Positions 30,643-42,615 of a stretch of DNA of 64,000 nt are shown piece after piece (position 1 is the stretch's first letter; each line of letters begins with the position of its first letter). Below the pieces are notes generated by a model. It had not been told where the DNA came from, made no database searches, and saw only the letters and a program-made list of their open reading frames with translations. The DNA comes from an uncultured Planctomycetota bacterium (GTDB lineage Bacteria > Planctomycetota > Phycisphaerae > Tepidisphaerales > Tepidisphaeraceae), in contig CAWJEN010000005.1 of assembly GCA_963841915.1 (NCBI GenBank), positions 896,001 through 960,000 of the forward strand, given 5' to 3'. The translations under genes and the position numbers were made by a program.

Positions 30643-32012
30643 GCTTCAGACTCCAGGCTGGCGACGGGGTAGGTGCAGTAGTCGAGCGCGGTCGCGCCGG
30701 CGGGTCGATAGTTGCCGCTCCGCCCGACGCCGCCGAACGGCAGCTTGCCGCTGGCACCGGTGAGCGGTCGGTTCCAGTTGATGCAGCCGGCGCGGACATG
30801 TGAGACAAAGTACTCGTAGTCGTCACGGCTGCGCGTCACAATCCCGGCGGCCAAACCGAAGCGCGTCGCATTCGCCGCGGCAATGGCATCGCTCAGCGAC
30901 GCCACCCGCACCACCTGCAAGAGTGGGCCGAAGACTTCGCCGTCTCCGACCTCAACCCCCGTCGTGTCGATCAACCCCGGCGTCACGACCGTGGAGTCGA
31001 GTGATTTTGACGGGAGCAGCGATTTCGCTCCCGCTTGCAAAAACGCTTCCTGCGCCGCGAGCACCGCGCTCGCGGCAGCCTTCGAGATGAGCGGACCGAC
31101 CATCGGCTCTGGCTCATCCGTTGGCTTGCCGACATGGATCTGCCGTACCGCCTCGACGAGCTGATCGACAAGTCGGCCCGCCGTCGCGGCCGTAACGATC
31201 AAGCGTCGGGCACACGTGCAGCGCTGGCCGGACGAGATGAACGCCGACTGGATGACGAGCTCTATCGCCGCATCGACGTCGGCAGGTTCGTGGACAACGA
31301 TCGGGTTGTTGCCGCCGAGTTCGAGGGCGAGCATTTGGTCATAACGCAAGCATTTGGCGATGGCATCGCCTGCCTGTTCGCTGCCGGTGAAGAGGACGCC
31401 GTCAATGTTGCTGTCGACGAGCGCCTGGCCCGTCGCTCGCCCGCCTTGAACGACCTGCAGCACGTCCTGCGGTACGCCGGCGTCGTGAAACAAAGCGGCC
31501 AGTGCTTCGCCGCAGGCCGGCGTGTGTTCGCTGGGTTTGAAGACGACGCTGTTGCCCGCCAGCAGGGCCGGCACGAGGTGGCCGTTGGGTAGGTGCAGCG
31601 GAAAATTGAATGGACCGAATACGGCAAGTGTGCCGATCGGACGATGCCGAAGGCGGGCGGTCGTGCCGGGGGCGACCTCGAACGGCTCGACCTGCCTGGC
31701 TGCCCAGGCGGCGAGCGAGGCTGTGACTTTGGCGCCGAGCAGCTTCACCTCGCCGGCGGCGTCGCTGGGCATTTTGCCGGCTTCGTCCACAACGAGCCGT
31801 GTCAGCTCTCCGCCCCGCTCGACGGCGAGCTCGGCGAAACGACGGAGCATTCCGATCCGGGCCTCGACGCCCCTCTGTTCCCAATCGTGCTGTGCCTGCC
31901 TGCCTCGAGCGACGGCCGCGTGAACCGAGTCTGCTTGAGCAGCGTGTCCTTGCCAGACCGATTGACCCGTGGCCGGATTGTGCGACGTCAGTAAGTGGTC
32001 GTCGTGGTCCAT
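30639..32012 (-). CDS. astD: succinylglutamate-semialdehyde dehydrogenase
   Basis: FGPFNFPLHLPNGH, ALELGGNNP, SSGQRCTCARR; overlaps astB. Confidence 0.9.
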   Translation of the reverse strand: MDHDDHLLTSHNPATGQSVWQGHAAQADSVHAAVARGRQAQHDWEQRGVEARIGMLRRFAELAVERGGELTRLVVDEAGKMPSDAAGEVKLLGAKVTASLAAWAARQVEPFEVAPGTTARLRHRPIGTLAVFGPFNFPLHLPNGHLVPALLAGNSVVFKPSEHTPACGEALAALFHDAGVPQDVLQVVQGGRATGQALVDSNIDGVLFTGSEQAGDAIAKCLRYDQMLALELGGNNPIVVHEPADVDAAIELVIQSAFISSGQRCTCARRLIVTAATAGRLVDQLVEAVRQIHVGKPTDEPEPMVGPLISKAAASAVLAAQEAFLQAGAKSLLPSKSLDSTVVTPGLIDTTGVEVGDGEVFGPLLQVVRVASLSDAIAAANATRFGLAAGIVTRSRDDYEYFVSHVRAGCINWNRPLTGASGKLPFGGVGRSGNYRPAGATALDYCTYPVASLESEA

Positions 32013-32091
32013 TGCGTTGTTGGAAGCGTACCGCAACAGAAGTGACGGACCGCGGCTCGGGGACGTTTCGCGGTCCTCGACTCTTCATCAT

Positions 32092-32976
32092 TCATGCCGA
32101 AGCTTCGACATCGCTCAGACGCGGGATCGACGATTGTGCACCGGGCACCGTCGTCGCCAACGCCGCAGCGACCGTGGCGAATGTCATCGCTGCCACCAGA
32201 TCATCGTGTTCCGCGAGTCGCACGGCCAACGCTCCGCAAAAGGTATCGCCGGCCGCGGTCGTGTCGACGGGCTCGACGCGGTGGGCCGGCAAGGTGTGGG
32301 TGCGGCCGTCCGACCCGACCGCGACGCAACCGGCCTTGCCGAGGGTTATGACGACGTTGAGGGGCCCACGTTCCTGCAGGCTGCGTGCCATGGCCGGTGC
32401 GTCCGACGGCTCGCCGAGTAGCATGGCCGCCTCGGTTTCATTGACGACGAGATACGTGATTCGGTCGCTCAACGGAACCGATGCGTCGCCGACGGGGGCG
32501 TAGTTCAGAAGGACCGTCGATCCACGACTCGAAGCCGATTCGATGGCGGCCGTGACGGTTGCAGCGGGCGTCTCCATCTGCAGCACCACGATGTCGGCGT
32601 CTACGACGGCATCACCTGGCTCAAGCTGTGCGTTGGCTCCCGGGCAAACAGCGATGCAATTTTCAGCGTCGTCGTCGACAAAGATGAGGGCAGTGCCGGT
32701 CGGCGCGTCGCAGCGCTTGATGTGGCTCGTGTCGAGTCCTTCGGCGTCGAACGCGGCGACCATTCGATCGCCGGCCGAGTCGCGCCCGACGCAGGCGACG
32801 AAGGCCACCTCGGCGTTGCGTCGATTTCGGACGGCGGCGACGGCTTGGTTAGCCCCTTTGCCGCCGAGTGCGTCGAAGAAGGTGCCGCCGGCGACGGTTT
32901 CACCCGGCCGCGGCAAGGTCGGCACGCGCGCGACGAGATCAAGATTTGAGCTGCCGACAATGAGGACGCGGGGCAC
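32092..32976 (-). CDS. rbsK: ribokinase
   Basis: GSSNLD, PGET, GGKGANQA, NETE, DTTAAGDTF. Confidence 0.92.
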   Translation of the reverse strand: MPRVLIVGSSNLDLVARVPTLPRPGETVAGGTFFDALGGKGANQAVAAVRNRRNAEVAFVACVGRDSAGDRMVAAFDAEGLDTSHIKRCDAPTGTALIFVDDDAENCIAVCPGANAQLEPGDAVVDADIVVLQMETPAATVTAAIESASSRGSTVLLNYAPVGDASVPLSDRITYLVVNETEAAMLLGEPSDAPAMARSLQERGPLNVVITLGKAGCVAVGSDGRTHTLPAHRVEPVDTTAAGDTFCGALAVRLAEHDDLVAAMTFATVAAALATTVPGAQSSIPRLSDVEASA

Positions 32977-32996
32977 CGTCGCAGCTTACCGCCTCA

Positions 32997-33069
32997 TGGC
33001 CCCGGCGGGATTCGAACCCGCACTGGAACGATTTTAAGTCGTCTGCCTCTGCCGTTGGGCTACGGGGCC
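32997..33069 (-). tRNA. tRNA-Leu(TAA), short variable loop, CCA not encoded
   Basis: GGCCCCG/CGGGGCC acceptor stem; GACGA-CTTAAAA-TCGTT anticodon arm; GCGGG-TTCGAAT-CCCGC T arm; discriminator A; 73 nt. Confidence 0.92.
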
Positions 33070-33081
33070 GCTGCCGCCACC

Positions 33082-34716
33082 TTAGCGGGCCAACTCGACG
33101 CTGCGCGTCTCACGCAGCACCGTGACCTTGATCTCGCCGGGAAAGCTGATGCTCGCCTCGACGCTCCGCGCAATGTCTCGCGCCAGCTTGGCCACAGCAC
33201 CGTCGTCGAGTGCCTTGGCGTCTGCGATCACCCGGATCTCGCGGCCGGCGTGAATCGCGTACGCCTGTCGTACGCCGCGAAACTCTGCTGCAAGCTGCTC
33301 GAGCTCCTTGAGCCGCTTGACGTAGCGCTCGAGGGATTCGCGGCGGGCACCGGGTCGACTCGCACTGATCGCGTCGGCGGCCATGATGATCGGCGTGTAG
33401 GGCGTTGTCGATGGCACGTCGCCGTGATGACCGGCGGCGGCGTTGACGACCGCTTCGGCTTCGCCGAGCTTGCGGAGCAGATTCCCGCCGATCTCCGCGT
33501 GTCCGCCTTCGGTCTCGTGGTCGGCCGCTTTGCCGATGTCGTGGAGCAGGCCGGCGCGTCGGGCGATCGTGCCGTCGAGGCCGAGTTCGTCGGCAATGAC
33601 CTGCGACAGGTGAGCGACTTCCAGCGAGTGCTTCAGCACGTTCTGGCCGTAACTCGTGCGAAAGTGAAGGCGACCGAGCATCGGCAGGAGCTGCTTGGGC
33701 AGGTTCACGGCGTGGCCGTTGTGGGCCGCCTCGTCGCCGAGTTGTTCAAGTTGCTCGTTCGTTTGATCCGTCGCCTCCTGAACGGCTTCTTCGATCCGGC
33801 CCGGGTGAATGCGGCCATCGGCGATAAGCTTCTCGAGCGACAGCCGTGCGATTTCGCGTCGAACGGGGTCGAAGCAGCTGAGCCCGACGACGCCGGGCGT
33901 GTCGTCGATGATGACATCGACGCCTGTCGCCTTTTCGAAGGTTCGGATGTTTCGCCCTTCGCGGCCGATGACGCGACCCTTCATCGCATCGTCGGCGAGC
34001 GTGACGGTCGTCGTCGTGTGCTCGGCGGTCTGTTCGGCGGCGTAGCGCTGGATAGCCTCGATGAGAACGTTCCGGCCTTCGCGTTTGGCCTCTTCGCGCG
34101 CCTGTTCGACGCTCCGTCGGACAATGTCACCGGCCTCGCTATGACATTCCTCCTCGACCCGCTTGAGGAACATCTCGCGGGCTTGCGTCTCGCTGAGCCC
34201 GCTGATCTCGATGAGCTGAGCCTTAGTCTCTTTGAGATCTCGTTGAAGATCGCGCGACTGTTCTGCCAATTCGGCCTCAAGCTGGTCCAGCGAGGCTGCC
34301 CGCTCGTCGAGCTTTCGCTCCCGCTCTGACAACGCCTCGGCTTTGACATCGATGGCGTCGGACCGCCGTTCGAGCTTGGCCTCGCGAGCTGCAGACGAAC
34401 GCTCAGCCCGCACCGAAGCTTGCTCGGCATCGGCGAGAGTTCGCTCGGCCTGCGTGACCTTGTCCTCAGCCTCCTCACGCAGCTTGATGGCCAATTGTCT
34501 GGCTTCAAGCTCGATCTGCTTGGCGTCGTTTTTGCTTTTGCGACGGGCCTGTTCGACAAGGTCGTCAGCGCGCCGCGAGGCGTCTTCGCGAAGTTCGTCG
34601 ACGCGTCGCCTGGCCGATTCGGTCAGGCGGCGGCCGGAGAGTCGGGCGGCGGTGAAGAGTCCGGCTGCCCCGAGAGGCAAACCGATCAGAAGGCCCAGGG
34701 TAATCCACAGGGTCAT
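33082..34716 (-). CDS. rny: ribonuclease Y
   Basis: N-terminal TM and coiled coil, KH (KGRVIGREGRNIR), HD (LLHDIGK), ADAISASRPGAR. Confidence 0.96.
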   Translation of the reverse strand: MTLWITLGLLIGLPLGAAGLFTAARLSGRRLTESARRRVDELREDASRRADDLVEQARRKSKNDAKQIELEARQLAIKLREEAEDKVTQAERTLADAEQASVRAERSSAAREAKLERRSDAIDVKAEALSERERKLDERAASLDQLEAELAEQSRDLQRDLKETKAQLIEISGLSETQAREMFLKRVEEECHSEAGDIVRRSVEQAREEAKREGRNVLIEAIQRYAAEQTAEHTTTTVTLADDAMKGRVIGREGRNIRTFEKATGVDVIIDDTPGVVGLSCFDPVRREIARLSLEKLIADGRIHPGRIEEAVQEATDQTNEQLEQLGDEAAHNGHAVNLPKQLLPMLGRLHFRTSYGQNVLKHSLEVAHLSQVIADELGLDGTIARRAGLLHDIGKAADHETEGGHAEIGGNLLRKLGEAEAVVNAAAGHHGDVPSTTPYTPIIMAADAISASRPGARRESLERYVKRLKELEQLAAEFRGVRQAYAIHAGREIRVIADAKALDDGAVAKLARDIARSVEASISFPGEIKVTVLRETRSVELAR

Positions 34717-34738
34717 GGCGAACCGTCCTTACTGCCGA

Positions 34739-34921
34739 CGACGCGGTGCGTCGCGGCCGGATCAAGGGCGGCCACTTCGTTCGTAGAGATCGGCGCAGCG
34801 GCGGGCCGCGACGCCAGGTATGGGGTCGACCGAGGCGAAGATGTTGCGTCGCATCGGTCATCCGTGCCGTATCAGGCGGTTGAGTGCAAACTAATAGAAC
34901 GAAGCGCCTTACACCGCGTCG
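34739..34921 (-). ncRNA. ssrS: 6S RNA candidate
   Basis: 183-nt rod closed by a perfect 10-bp inverted repeat (34739-34748 / 34912-34921), with inner helices CTTCGTTC/GAACGAAG and GACCGA/TCGGTC around an unpaired centre; directly upstream of rny. Confidence 0.55.
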
Positions 34922-35084
34922 AGGGATCCGTGACCCCACGCGGCGGCCGGTGGCTGTTCGGCGGAAGGGGACGCAGGTGCGGGCACCTGTGTCGCCGCCG
35001 GGCCGGTCGGCAAACGCGAACGTCATTAGACGCCAAATCCACGCGTCTGGCAACCCGCGAAGGCTTCCCTAGACTCAGGTCCAT

Positions 35085-35165
35085 CCCGCTAGGGGCGGCC
35101 GACCTGTGTCGGCCTGAGACGAACCCTCCGAACCTGAACCGGGTCATGCCGGCGTAGGGAAGCGA
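35085..35165 (+). promoter_or_regulatory. TPP riboswitch
   Basis: AGGGG...CTGAGA...ACCC...GAACCTGAACCGGGTCATGCCGGCGTAGGGAAG; P1 CGCT/AGCG; upstream of thiC. Confidence 0.92.
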
Positions 35166-35168
35166 ACC

Positions 35169-35680
35169 GTGACGACCGACACCCTCGACATCCTGCTCGA
35201 TCATCACCGCTGGAGCACCCATCGTGTGCTTGAGGCGTGCGTGCCATTGTCGCAGGACCAATGGCATAAGACGTTCGCAATGGGCGTCGGCTCGCTGCAC
35301 CACACGATGCTGCACGTCGTTCGATGCGTGCAGGGGTGGACCAACCGCGTTCAGCAGATCGAGTGGCCGCGCCACGCCGAGGCGCACTACACGCGCGTCG
35401 AGCTGATGCAGATGAACGACGCGAGCGTGAACGCCTTGGCCCGTCTCATCTCGCGCTATCGCCAACAAGGCACGCTTGACGAGGTGGCGGAGGAGACGTT
35501 TCACCCGGCCGACCGTGAGCCCGTGCACGTCCGCTTCACCCGTCGGGCGGCGATCGTCCACTGCCTTGTGCACGGCACCCACCACCGGGCCCAGGCCCTG
35601 AACATGCTCCGCCAGCTCGGCGTCGCTCCGTCGCCGGAGATCGACGTGATGGACTGGCACCACGAAGAAGATTTCAAGTC

Positions 35681-35684
<4 letters not shown>
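35169..35684 (+). CDS. DinB/YfiT-family protein
   Basis: SLHHTMLH...W and [21 protein letters not shown]. Confidence 0.88.
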
Positions 35685-37507
<1,823 letters not shown>

Positions 37508-37569
37508 CGGCGTCGGCGTGTTGTCAGATGCAGTCGCACAGAGCACGTTGTCTGCGTTATGTTGGCCTC

Positions 37570-38703
37570 ATGCTCTTCCTGCTCGCCCTCGCGGTAGCGC
37601 TCTTGCAAGCGGCAACGCCCGTCGACCGGCAGCCCGTCCTGATTTGGGAGGTGCTTGTCGATGACGATGGTGTGTTGGGTCAATGGATCGACAATGAGCG
37701 AGGTGCTGAGAACGCAGCCTTTAGCCCCGACGGCTCGCTCATCGCGACTGTTGCGAAGGGCGACGCGTCTGTTCGGCTGCTCGACACAGAAACAGGCCAA
37801 GAGCGATGGCGGCACGATGGCGGGGCGGAGATGGAGACGGTCGATTTCACCCTGGATGGCAAACACGTGCTCGCTGGCGGTTCCGGTGGTGGCGACGGCG
37901 GTGCGGTCGTCGCGCTTGATGCGGTAACCGGCCAGGAGGTCGCGCGGCTGACGACCGGAACGAGCGTCGAAGGGCTGCGCGTGCACACCGACGCCAAGCG
38001 GGGCGAGACCTTGCTCATCACGGGGGACGAGCACGGCCTGATCCGTCTCTGGAACATCACCGGCAGCCCGGCCGACTGGCACAGCGAACCGATATGCGTC
38101 CTCGAGCAGGGCGACGATCAGGATCGGGACCCGGAGACGGCAGGCCACGCCGATGTTAATCAGATCGACGTCTATGACGAGACGATTTACGCCGCCGGTC
38201 GCAACGGCGTCGTCACCCGGCACGACCTTGCCGCCCCTCACGCCGCGCAAGCGGCGCTAGCCGGCCTCGGTGGGTCGCTCAAGGCGGTGCGTGTCAGCCC
38301 CGACGGCCGCTACGTCGCCGCCAGCAACAGTGTGACCAATGAACAAGTCGGGGCCGGTGTGGCCATTTGGAATGTTGCCACCGGCGATCTGCTTGCGGTC
38401 TGGTGTAGTCCGGCTGATCCCGACCGGCACAATTTCGAGACGCTCGTCTTCACGCCCGATTCGCGGACGCTACTCCTGGGTGGTTCGTTTCCGCTGACGC
38501 CGCGCCCGCAGCCACTGCTTGCTTTTGATGTCGCAGACCTGCTTGCCAATGGCCACAAAGCCGCTCCGGCTGCGTCTGCGATGTGGCGGCAGGAGTACAT
38601 CAGCTTCAACCCCGCCGCACCGGATGACTCGCCCCAAATGCTCACTGCCCACGATGACGGCGGCATTCGCCTGTGGCGTTGGTCGCCGGCAGTGATGCCT
38701 TAG
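37570..38703 (+). CDS. secreted WD40/beta-propeller protein
   Basis: Signal peptide; AFSPDG, FTLDG, VSPDG, FTPDS and IRLW repeats. Confidence 0.8.
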   Translation: MLFLLALAVALLQAATPVDRQPVLIWEVLVDDDGVLGQWIDNERGAENAAFSPDGSLIATVAKGDASVRLLDTETGQERWRHDGGAEMETVDFTLDGKHVLAGGSGGGDGGAVVALDAVTGQEVARLTTGTSVEGLRVHTDAKRGETLLITGDEHGLIRLWNITGSPADWHSEPICVLEQGDDQDRDPETAGHADVNQIDVYDETIYAAGRNGVVTRHDLAAPHAAQAALAGLGGSLKAVRVSPDGRYVAASNSVTNEQVGAGVAIWNVATGDLLAVWCSPADPDRHNFETLVFTPDSRTLLLGGSFPLTPRPQPLLAFDVADLLANGHKAAPAASAMWRQEYISFNPAAPDDSPQMLTAHDDGGIRLWRWSPAVMP

Positions 38704-38777
38704 CGGCTTGCTTCGGATGGCGAGCCATCGACTGCCAGGTCCTACTCCAACGATTCGCGCGTTACCATGCGCGTCGT

Positions 38778-39917
38778 ATGAGCGACCAGGACCCGTTTGC
38801 CGCTGCTCGCCGCGACCGCTCGCGGGCCCGGGCGGAGGTGGATCATGGGTCGACGATACCAATGGTGCTCGATCATGCGGAAGTAAAACGGGTGCTGCGA
38901 GAGTGGCAAACCTTCAGCAGCGATGACCCGCAACACATCACGGTGCGTCCGGAAACAGAGGTGCGTGACGTTCGGCAACTCCCGATCGAGACCGATCCGC
39001 CGCAGCACACGGCTTACCGCAAGCTCGTCGAGCCGTTCTTCCGCCGCCCGCTCGACAAGGAGTATCAACGTGGCATGCAGGAGATGATCGACGCGTCCCT
39101 GCTCGCACATGTCGATGCGGGCGAGGTGGAGGTCGTCCGTGAGTTTGCCCTGCCGGTACAGTCGAAGTCGCTAGCCCGAATGCTCGGCGTAGGGGACGAT
39201 GAGGCAGAGCTCTGGATGAATTGGGGCGTCCATGTCTTCTACGACGGCGACAGCGTGAGCAAGGGGGCTGCCCTGACGAGGTACATCCGTCATCGCTTCG
39301 CGGCAGCCGGAACCGACAGACATGACTTCTTTAGTACCCTCAACCGTGCTGAGATCGATGGCCGCTCACTGACGATGGCCGAGAAAGAGGGCTTTGCCAG
39401 CGTCACGTTTGCCGGCGGGCGTGACACGGTCATCGGCAGCATCGTCTCAACGGTTGCTCATCTTGCTGAAGATGCCGAACGGTTCGAATGGCTGCGGCGC
39501 GACACGTCGCGTCTGTCGATGGCCGTCGAGGAAATTGTGCGTCACCTCAGCCCTGTGAGCGCATTGGCCCGCCGCTGCCCGCGCGGCGGCACCGTTGGCG
39601 GCGAGGCTGTCGAGCCGGGCGGCCGCGTCGCCGTAAGCTACGCCGCAGCAAATTACGACGAGCGTGTCTTCACCTGCCCGGCAAACCTGCAACTCGACCG
39701 CTCGCCCAACCCGCACTTGGCTTTCGGCTTCGGTAAGCACCACTGTCTCGGTGCCGCTCAAGCACGCCTGGTGCTGCGCTGTCTTCTGCTAAGCCTCTGC
39801 ACGCACGTTGCCACAATTGAAGTCATAGACCGTGACGCTCAGGTTGACCGCCAAAACTGCCACACTCGCGTTCCAGGCTTCAACCGCCTCGTCGTCCGCT
39901 TCAGTCGATCGACGTGA
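38778..39917 (+). CDS. cytochrome P450
   Basis: DPPQHTAYR, AGGRDT, EIVR (ExxR), FGFGKHHCLGA heme motif. Confidence 0.95.
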   Translation: MSDQDPFAAARRDRSRARAEVDHGSTIPMVLDHAEVKRVLREWQTFSSDDPQHITVRPETEVRDVRQLPIETDPPQHTAYRKLVEPFFRRPLDKEYQRGMQEMIDASLLAHVDAGEVEVVREFALPVQSKSLARMLGVGDDEAELWMNWGVHVFYDGDSVSKGAALTRYIRHRFAAAGTDRHDFFSTLNRAEIDGRSLTMAEKEGFASVTFAGGRDTVIGSIVSTVAHLAEDAERFEWLRRDTSRLSMAVEEIVRHLSPVSALARRCPRGGTVGGEAVEPGGRVAVSYAAANYDERVFTCPANLQLDRSPNPHLAFGFGKHHCLGAAQARLVLRCLLLSLCTHVATIEVIDRDAQVDRQNCHTRVPGFNRLVVRFSRST

Positions 39918-39996
39918 CCTGTACAGACAAGCCAAAGCAGTTGCGCATCGCGGTCGCCGCTGTACCAAAGGAACGCCGCTGTTCGTGGAGGACTGC

Positions 39997-40749
39997 TCAC
40001 GCCGCTTTGGACTCACAACCCTTCTTAGACTGCTTGCTGGGTCGTCCGAGCGGGTTCAAAGTGTGCTGAAGCGACAACGTCTCCGCAGCTCGGCGGGTCC
40101 AGCACGGACACCCAAAGGGCCGATTCCGAACAAAGCACTCGTCAAACTGCTGATAAAGGGACGGATGAAGCGGTGACTTAGGTCCTGCTGGGCAATAGCA
40201 TGCATCAACAGGAGAAGGCTGATCTATGTGTCTATAAGTGTCTAAATACGGAGAAGGCTGAAGCGCTGCTGGCGATGTGGCGGATCGACTTGAGGCATGC
40301 CAAGCTTCTGCCGTTGACACCAAGCCTTCGTTGACAGGAAGACGCTCCACAATCTGGATAGATGCATTCAAGTATTCTCGGGTTGGCTGAATTGGAAAAG
40401 AGCGAAAACGAGATCTGTACACCGCGCCAGATTTGGCGCAGGGTGACATCTGCTTTCTCTCTCTGGCGTGCCTCATGGTCACCCAGCGAACGAGTTCAGA
40501 AAGCTCTCCAGATCGCTCAGGCCGGACGATCAGGTGCCAACAGTGCGGGAGAATGCACCAGGCGACGAGATCGATGCGACCCGATACGCCAGCGGACACA
40601 GCTTTTTGATTCCGCTGTTGCGCCTTTGATAGAAGGTGCTCAAAGTGAGAGCGACAGTCTTCATCGGCTAGTGCGGCCTGATCTGGCCGAGTCCGATTGA
40701 AGATGTGGAATATGTATCCTCCGAGTAACATTCGCTTGCATCTTGGCAT
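39997..40749 (-). mobile_element. REP-associated tyrosine transposase (RAYT/Y1) homolog, catalytic residues apparently lost
   Basis: MPR...YIFHIFNR, AWCILPHCWHLIV, GAVYRSRFRSFPIQ, VERLPV...W.SS, RPFG, LGRP tail; sequence looks more AT-rich than its flanks. Confidence 0.8.
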
Positions 40750-40947
40750 GACAACGCTTCCTGTTGCATAATTGATGCCCCGAAAGCTATGAATAGCGGC
40801 CTTTTCGTCAGAAGGAAAGACGGACCGAAACCTTTTATGCGTCCCCATTTGCTTTTCGAAGTTCGTTCCTTTCGCTGTCGTCGGAGGTATCCGAAGTCTG
40901 GGTGGTCGATCAGGGTTGATCCAACCGCTTCTCGAACCACCCCCATC

Positions 40948-42210
40948 ATGTACGACAGTCTCTCAGCCATCTTCCTGAATCCCGACAAGTGCAGCAGTCG
41001 CCGCCGACGTGGCAGCGTCATTTTGGCTTCTTGTGCGATGATCCCGGTCTTCTTGCTTCTGCTGGGGCTATCCATTGAAGCCGGTCACCTGACGCTCGCC
41101 AAGGGTCAGTTGCGGACCGCTGCCGATGCCGCGGCTTTGGCAGCCGCCAACGAATTGGAAGCCGACGCACCGCTTCATGAGAACGAAGCAACGGCATTCC
41201 TGACGGCTAAGGCCACTGCTATGAGCAATGAAGTTCTCGGGCAGGCTCAGGACCTAGTTCCGCAGGATGTCGAGGTCGGTCACTGGAACCCCGTCCGACG
41301 CATGTTCACGCCTGGGAGTGACAGCGACAAGGTTGTAAATGCTGTTCGAGTTACCGCGCACCGGTGCGGCGAGCGGGATCAAAATGTGTCGATGCTTTGG
41401 TTCAACACCATTGCATGCGACTTGCATGCCGAGGCCGTCGCTCATCGTCTTGCGGCTGATCCGCCCGTCGGCTTCATCGGCCTTGACCGTTTCCGCTCGC
41501 GCGGCGTGCTCACAACCGCAGCTGTAGGACCGACAGGTCGCGTTCCAATGCTGGGACGGGGACGCCGCGGCGGCGACATCCACAGCAACGGTGACGTTGA
41601 TCTGCACGTCGCCGGCCTCGCTGGTGTCACCCACATCAACGGCGACATCAACGCCGGTGGCGACGTCAATCGCCCTGCCGTCCGGCTTCTGACCCGAGTG
41701 ACGGGGCGCGTCGCCACGCCCCACGAGCCTTACGCTCTACCGGTTGTCCCGGAAACGATGGCAGACCGCAACGATAACGACCGCCTGCCGTCGCACGCTT
41801 ACGATGGTCGGAATCTCACCGCGGTCGGTATTATGAACCTCAACGCCGGGGTGTACAAGGTCGAAGACTTCCGCGTTCTTGCCGGAGCCATCGTCAACGT
41901 CCGCGGCCCCACGACCATCGTCGTCACAGGCGACGCTTCAATCGTCGGTTCGGTCATTTCGCTGAATCAGCGGGCTTCTGACCTACGCGTGCTGGTCGCC
42001 AACGACGGACGTGTCGATCTAGCCGCAACAGCCGATCTCTACTGCGACCTTTACGCCCCTGAGAGCAAGGTTTCGGTCACCGGTGGGCTTCGATACACGG
42101 GTCGCATCGTTGGTAAAGAGATTGATATTTTGGCGACAAGCTTCCTGTTTGCCGACCCGTCGATTGGCGACCCCTTCGCCGCCGCCGCGCCGCTGACGTT
42201 GGTCAAGTGA
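40948..42210 (+). CDS. TadG-like (Tad domain) pilus-associated protein
   Basis: RRGSVI + TM + LSIEAG...QLRTAADAAALAAA, DVEVGHW, NAVRV; beta-rich C-terminus with YAP. Confidence 0.8.
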   Translation: MYDSLSAIFLNPDKCSSRRRRGSVILASCAMIPVFLLLLGLSIEAGHLTLAKGQLRTAADAAALAAANELEADAPLHENEATAFLTAKATAMSNEVLGQAQDLVPQDVEVGHWNPVRRMFTPGSDSDKVVNAVRVTAHRCGERDQNVSMLWFNTIACDLHAEAVAHRLAADPPVGFIGLDRFRSRGVLTTAAVGPTGRVPMLGRGRRGGDIHSNGDVDLHVAGLAGVTHINGDINAGGDVNRPAVRLLTRVTGRVATPHEPYALPVVPETMADRNDNDRLPSHAYDGRNLTAVGIMNLNAGVYKVEDFRVLAGAIVNVRGPTTIVVTGDASIVGSVISLNQRASDLRVLVANDGRVDLAATADLYCDLYAPESKVSVTGGLRYTGRIVGKEIDILATSFLFADPSIGDPFAAAAPLTLVK

Positions 42211-42615
42211 AGGGCGTCTCTGCCCCCAAAGCCTGCTCGCCGAGCGATAGGGACCAGGCGATGATCCCTGAGAGACCGATCAAGAAGGGTAGCGGATATC
42301 CGTCCGTGTGCCGGCGTGGACTATTCCGCACCAATCCTCGCGGTTCTACGTGTCTGCCGTGGGTCTAACGTTGGCGAGATCGTCAGGCGTATTCACTGCC
42401 AAACGTAATAATGTGTGTGATGATTTAGCGAGCACAAGCCTGAAAAGGCGGGGTAGGACTAGTCCGCGAGGGCATATATTTGTGCTGAGGTCGAGAATCT
42501 GCTTGTGCAGATCGGGCGGTGGCATATACTTCCGTTGCAACATGCAGGAGGACTGCGGCCGAATGGTTCGCCCAGACGCTGCTCGCTTTGCAGACCCCTC
42601 AGGAGGATGAAGATC

